From: an uncultured Leptospiraceae bacterium
Lineage (GTDB): Bacteria; Spirochaetota; DYNZ01
Assembly: GCA_964501965.1 (NCBI GenBank)
Contig: CAZCVM010000002.1
Coordinates: forward strand, 1 to 54,578
Direction: 5' to 3'
Length of the DNA: 54,578 bases
Position 1 is the first letter of the stretch, and each line of letters begins with the position of its first letter. The translations under genes were made by a program, and so were the position numbers. The notes beneath the pieces were generated by a model. That model was not told where the DNA came from. It ran no database searches and saw only the letters and a list, made by a program, of their open reading frames with translations. Shown here piece by piece: positions 51,553-54,578 of this stretch.

Positions 51553-53731
51553 TTTCTTGTACTTCAAAGGGTTTTGCTAGATAAGCATTCATGCCATGAT
51601 CTAAAAATTTTCCTTTGTCCCCTATCATAGCGTGGGCAGTTACCGCAACAATGGGAACATTGTGATTCAGTACTTGGGATTTTGAATCACGGATAATTTT
51701 TGTTGTTTCCATGCCATCCATTTCAGGCATTTGGATATCCATTAACACGAGTGCCGGATTGTTTTTTGCCAGATATTCTATCGCAAAGATTCCGTTTGTC
51801 ACTATGTCGCAATTGTAACCCAATTTGCGCAACATTTTTTGCAATACCATTTGATTGACTGGATTGTCTTCTACTATTAGAATAGTACGTTTATCCTTAT
51901 TTTTGATTGTGTTCAAGGTGGCAGGATCAATGCTGCCATAGTGTTGTTCTTGACCACATTGTTTGGTTGTGCTATTGTTTTCATTCATTCGATTGACGCA
52001 TTTTTTTATAAATTGATAATGTATGGGGCGTTCTAAATAGGAGATCGTTGATTGAGAGAAAATTTGATCTACATTTTTTTGATTTTCTGTATCAAATATA
52101 AGCATTTTTTTGGCAATATTTTTTTGTTCTAACCATTGAACCAGTTTAGATATGTTTTGCTGTGTATTATCAATATTTGATTTTTTTTTATTGGTCAATT
52201 CAAAAGGCAATGGCATTTTGAGAGCAGTCAAATCAAAAACTAGAGACAATTCATTGTTTTCATGAAGCATATCGTGAAATTTTTGCCAGGATTGAATTTG
52301 CTCTGGATAAAGACCTTCAAAGAGTAGGTATTCTTTCATTGTTTTCGATTCGAGTTCGTTGGTCACAAACAAGGCAACATTTTTAGGATTTGAGTTTAGG
52401 TCAATTCTTGATTTTTGCTCAATTTTATTTTTCAAGGGTAGGCTAAAGACAAAAATACTGCCTTTGTTTTCTTTACTTGTTAACTCAATCTGGCCTTGCA
52501 TGAGATCAGCTAATTTTTTTGATAATGTCAAACCCAATCCAACGCCAGGTTGTTCTCGTGATATTGAATCATCTAGTTGAGTAAAGTTGTGGAAAATATA
52601 ATCCCTATCTTTGTCTGCAATACCAGTCCCGGTATCATGTATCCGAAAAAAAATATGATTTTTTCCCAAAAAAGAAGAATCAAATGAATCCGCATTGTTC
52701 ATTGTGTTTACAGTGATCCAAACGCTGCCGGTCCGGGTAAATTTAATGGCATTGCTCAATAAATTCATTAGTATTTGGCGTATTTTACCTGGATCACCGG
52801 TGATAAATTCTGGGACTCGATGATCCACAATAGTAAAAAAAGCTAGGCCTTTTTCCTTTGCCTGTGGGGCATATAGATCAACCATATCGTCTATCATTAA
52901 GCGGATATTTATTTTGACAATATCGAGATGTACTAGACCGGATTCCAATTTGGATAGATCTAATAATTCATTGAGTAATGTTAACAATTGATGACCGGAT
53001 TTTTTTATGGTAGCAACGAATCTTTCACGTTCAGCACGGTCGTCCGTTAAAAAATATAGATCCGACAACCCTATGACAGCGTTCAATGGTGTACGCATTT
53101 CGTGACTGATATTGGTAAGAAAGATGTCTTTGGCACGATTGGCAATTTCCGCCTTTTGATTGGCTTTGGAAATATTCTTTTCTTGTTCGATACGTTCAGA
53201 AATGTCTGTTATTGTGCTCCAACAATACGGAAGGTGATTTATTTTGTTGTATTTATATGTGCTAGCAAGTAAACCATGAAAACTTGTTCCGTTTTTGTTA
53301 ATAAATTTTAATATAGATTTTTGTGTTTTTTTTTCTTTGAAAACAAATTCTATGTGGGAGAAAAGTATGTTGTGGTCCTGGTGGTCCACATGAAGTATCA
53401 AAGGTTTGTTGACCAAATATATGCGGTCTATTTGCAGCATTTGACTACCGGTGAGATTGATTTGTTTGATGATACCTTTTTCATCCAAGGTAAGATATGC
53501 CATAGGGGCAAAATCATACAATTCCATGTACCGATTGCGGGATTGAATGAGATCATCCTGCAATTTAATCATTTCTTCATTTTGTAAATCCAATTCGATT
53601 TGATGTACTTGCAATTCATGGAATATTTTGTCCAGTACATCTGTATCCAAAGTTCGTTCTGGAACTCCGTTATTTTTTTCTTGTTGTATGATATCTTCCG
53701 CTTTTTGCCGTATTTTGTGCCAATCCATCAT
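51521..53731 (-). CDS. Hybrid sensor histidine kinase (coiled coil, PAS, HisKA, HATPase, degenerate receiver-like linker, REC)
   Basis: 736-aa ORF with the H-box SHEMRTPLNAVIG, the N/G boxes (LMNLLSNAIKFT, DTGTGI, GVGLGLTLSKKL) and the C-terminal receiver ILIVEDNPVNQ...LMDIQMPEMDG...AYLAKPF. Confidence 0.9.
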   Translation of the reverse strand: MMDWHKIRQKAEDIIQQEKNNGVPERTLDTDVLDKIFHELQVHQIELDLQNEEMIKLQDDLIQSRNRYMELYDFAPMAYLTLDEKGIIKQINLTGSQMLQIDRIYLVNKPLILHVDHQDHNILFSHIEFVFKEKKTQKSILKFINKNGTSFHGLLASTYKYNKINHLPYCWSTITDISERIEQEKNISKANQKAEIANRAKDIFLTNISHEMRTPLNAVIGLSDLYFLTDDRAERERFVATIKKSGHQLLTLLNELLDLSKLESGLVHLDIVKINIRLMIDDMVDLYAPQAKEKGLAFFTIVDHRVPEFITGDPGKIRQILMNLLSNAIKFTRTGSVWITVNTMNNADSFDSSFLGKNHIFFRIHDTGTGIADKDRDYIFHNFTQLDDSISREQPGVGLGLTLSKKLADLMQGQIELTSKENKGSIFVFSLPLKNKIEQKSRIDLNSNPKNVALFVTNELESKTMKEYLLFEGLYPEQIQSWQKFHDMLHENNELSLVFDLTALKMPLPFELTNKKKSNIDNTQQNISKLVQWLEQKNIAKKMLIFDTENQKNVDQIFSQSTISYLERPIHYQFIKKCVNRMNENNSTTKQCGQEQHYGSIDPATLNTIKNKDKRTILIVEDNPVNQMVLQKMLRKLGYNCDIVTNGIFAIEYLAKNNPALVLMDIQMPEMDGMETTKIIRDSKSQVLNHNVPIVAVTAHAMIGDKGKFLDHGMNAYLAKPFEVQEIKNILENILD

Positions 53732-53886
53732 TACCCATCCTTGCGGCTATTTGCATTTTCTATTTTTGATTGAAGTAACAACAGACAGGATCGAATAATT
53801 TGGCAATCAAGAAAACCTGGTTTATGAAAAAAAGATTTGATATGGGCAGGAAAATCGGCCAGGACGAGCATTAAGGCTTCATCCAT
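53731..53886 (-). CDS. Possible 51-codon upstream small ORF, translationally coupled to the histidine kinase (TAATG overlap)
   Basis: Manual translation: MDEALMLVLADFPAHIKSFFHKPGFLDCQIIRSCLLLLQSKIENANSRKDG. Its stop (TAA) shares one nucleotide with the kinase ATG at 53731. It is below the ORF-track size cut-off. The ribosome-binding site is weak and distant, so this could be chance. Confidence 0.25.
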   Translation of the reverse strand: MDEALMLVLADFPAHIKSFFHKPGFLDCQIIRSCLLLLQSKIENANSRKDG

Positions 53887-54045
53887 AATTGTTTAGGATT
53901 CCCTTTATTTCTAAAATATCCTGGGATAAATAATTTATCAATTTTATTCCCCAATTTACTGTTAAATTTTTTTTTGTTGCACATTTTTTGCTTTTATATA
54001 AATTATTATCAATTAGATCACTATTAACATAAAGGAAAGCATATC

Positions 54046-54578
54046 ATGGGATTGGCACTGAAGGTTTATGAAGCATTTCAGGATGATAAGGCCAAAGCAA
54101 CAGCTTTGGCGGACGTGATAGATACTTTGGAGCAACAGAAAGCTCGGCGAGAAGACGTTACCACAAAACGCGATCTGTCCGAAACCGAGCTTCGCCTACA
54201 AAAAGAGATCGAAATAGTGCGCTCTGATTTGTCCGAAACCGAGCTTCGCTTGCAAAAAGAGATCGAACAAGTGCGCGGTGATTTGAAAATTGAGATCGAA
54301 CAAGTTCGCGGTGATTTAAAAATCGAGCTTGAGCAAATGCGCGGTGAATTTCAAATTGAGCTTGAGCAAGTCCGCTCTGATCTGAAACAAACAGAAAGCC
54401 GGCTTCAGTTAGAAATTGAAAAGACCCGCAATGAATTGCAAAAAGAGCTAGAGCAAGTCCGCTCTGACTTGAGACAAACAGAAAGTCGTTTGCAAAAGGA
54501 AATTGAGCAAGTCCGCTCTGATCTGAGGCAAACGGAAAGTCGTCTTCAAATAGATATTGAAAAAAGCAAAGTGGAGCT
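54046..54578 (+). CDS. Repetitive coiled-coil protein (DUF1640-like by resemblance); its 3' end runs off the window
   Basis: Not in the ORF track. ATG at 54046, preceded by AAAGGAAAG. Translation: MGLALKVYEAFQDDKAKATALADVIDTLEQQKARREDVTTKR, then DLSETELRLQKEIEIVRS, DLSETELRLQKEIEQVRG, DLKIEIEQVRG, DLKIELEQMRG, EFQIELEQVRS, DLKQTESRLQLEIEKTRN, ELQKELEQVRS, DLRQTESRLQKEIEQVRS, DLRQTESRLQIDIEKSK... Confidence 0.7.
   Translation, partial: MGLALKVYEAFQDDKAKATALADVIDTLEQQKARREDVTTKRDLSETELRLQKEIEIVRSDLSETELRLQKEIEQVRGDLKIEIEQVRGDLKIELEQMRGEFQIELEQVRSDLKQTESRLQLEIEKTRNELQKELEQVRSDLRQTESRLQKEIEQVRSDLRQTESRLQIDIEKSKVE
54172..54578 (+). repeat. In-frame tandem array of 54-nt and 33-nt modules (18-aa and 11-aa units)
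   Basis: 54172-54225 and 54226-54279 are near-identical 54-mers. 33-mers lie at 54280, 54313, 54346 and 54433. Further 54-mers lie at 54379, 54466 and 54520. Unit boundaries were read directly from the sequence. Confidence 0.85.

Noticed and set aside
54172-54578. Regularly spaced direct repeats considered as a possible CRISPR array.
   Set aside because: The units are contiguous with no unique spacers. They are multiples of 3 nt, in frame with an ATG/ribosome-binding site at 54046, and encode a heptad/hendecad coiled coil. This is a coding tandem repeat, not CRISPR.

Overview
This is about 54.6 kb of an AT-rich bacterial chromosome (roughly one-third GC by eye), densely packed with genes and centred on the replication origin. 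All calls come from reading the six-frame track and the nucleotides and from recalled family motifs. No search tool was run.

The origin block on the minus strand reads dnaA, then a 439-nt oriC spacer, then dnaN, recF, a DUF721/DciA-like gene, a DUF370/RemB-like gene and gyrB. The spacer carries one perfect and five 8/9 DnaA boxes plus AT-rich tracts. A perfect 16-bp parS palindrome sits in the last codons of recG, about 5 kb from oriC.

The flanks are mostly housekeeping:
- Left side: rsmG (partial), a DsbA-like lipoprotein, metXW, ppx/gppA, a PilZ protein, gltBD, methylmalonyl-CoA epimerase, hemB, a SPOR protein, coaE, a TraB-family protein, mtnP, panB, an atypical ssb, an outer-membrane beta-barrel, a solitary fliN, a rhomboid protease and recG.
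- Right side: methylmalonyl-CoA mutase mutAB, hemE, a lipid kinase, a TraB/GumN-like protein, a hemerythrin fusion, a TIGR01212-type radical SAM protein and a hybrid histidine kinase.

No rRNA, tRNA, CRISPR array, transposase or integrase was seen.

The least explained stretch is the 9 kb just beyond dnaA (32764-41989):
- Two signal-peptide helical proteins, then a membrane protein that overlaps an orphan ParA-like ATPase.
- Divergent from these, a tightly packed three-gene operon: a 717-aa protein with a PilX-N-like anchor; a fusion of a HAD domain to an ATP-PEPCK-like domain whose P-loop and metal ligands look degenerate; and a 494-aa orphan protein.

Other points worth a second look:
- An MshEN-like/hemerythrin fusion.
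- A window-edge coiled-coil gene, more GC-rich than its surroundings, built from 33- and 54-nt modules.
- An in-frame 81-nt duplication inside gltB.
- An ssb lacking the acidic tail.
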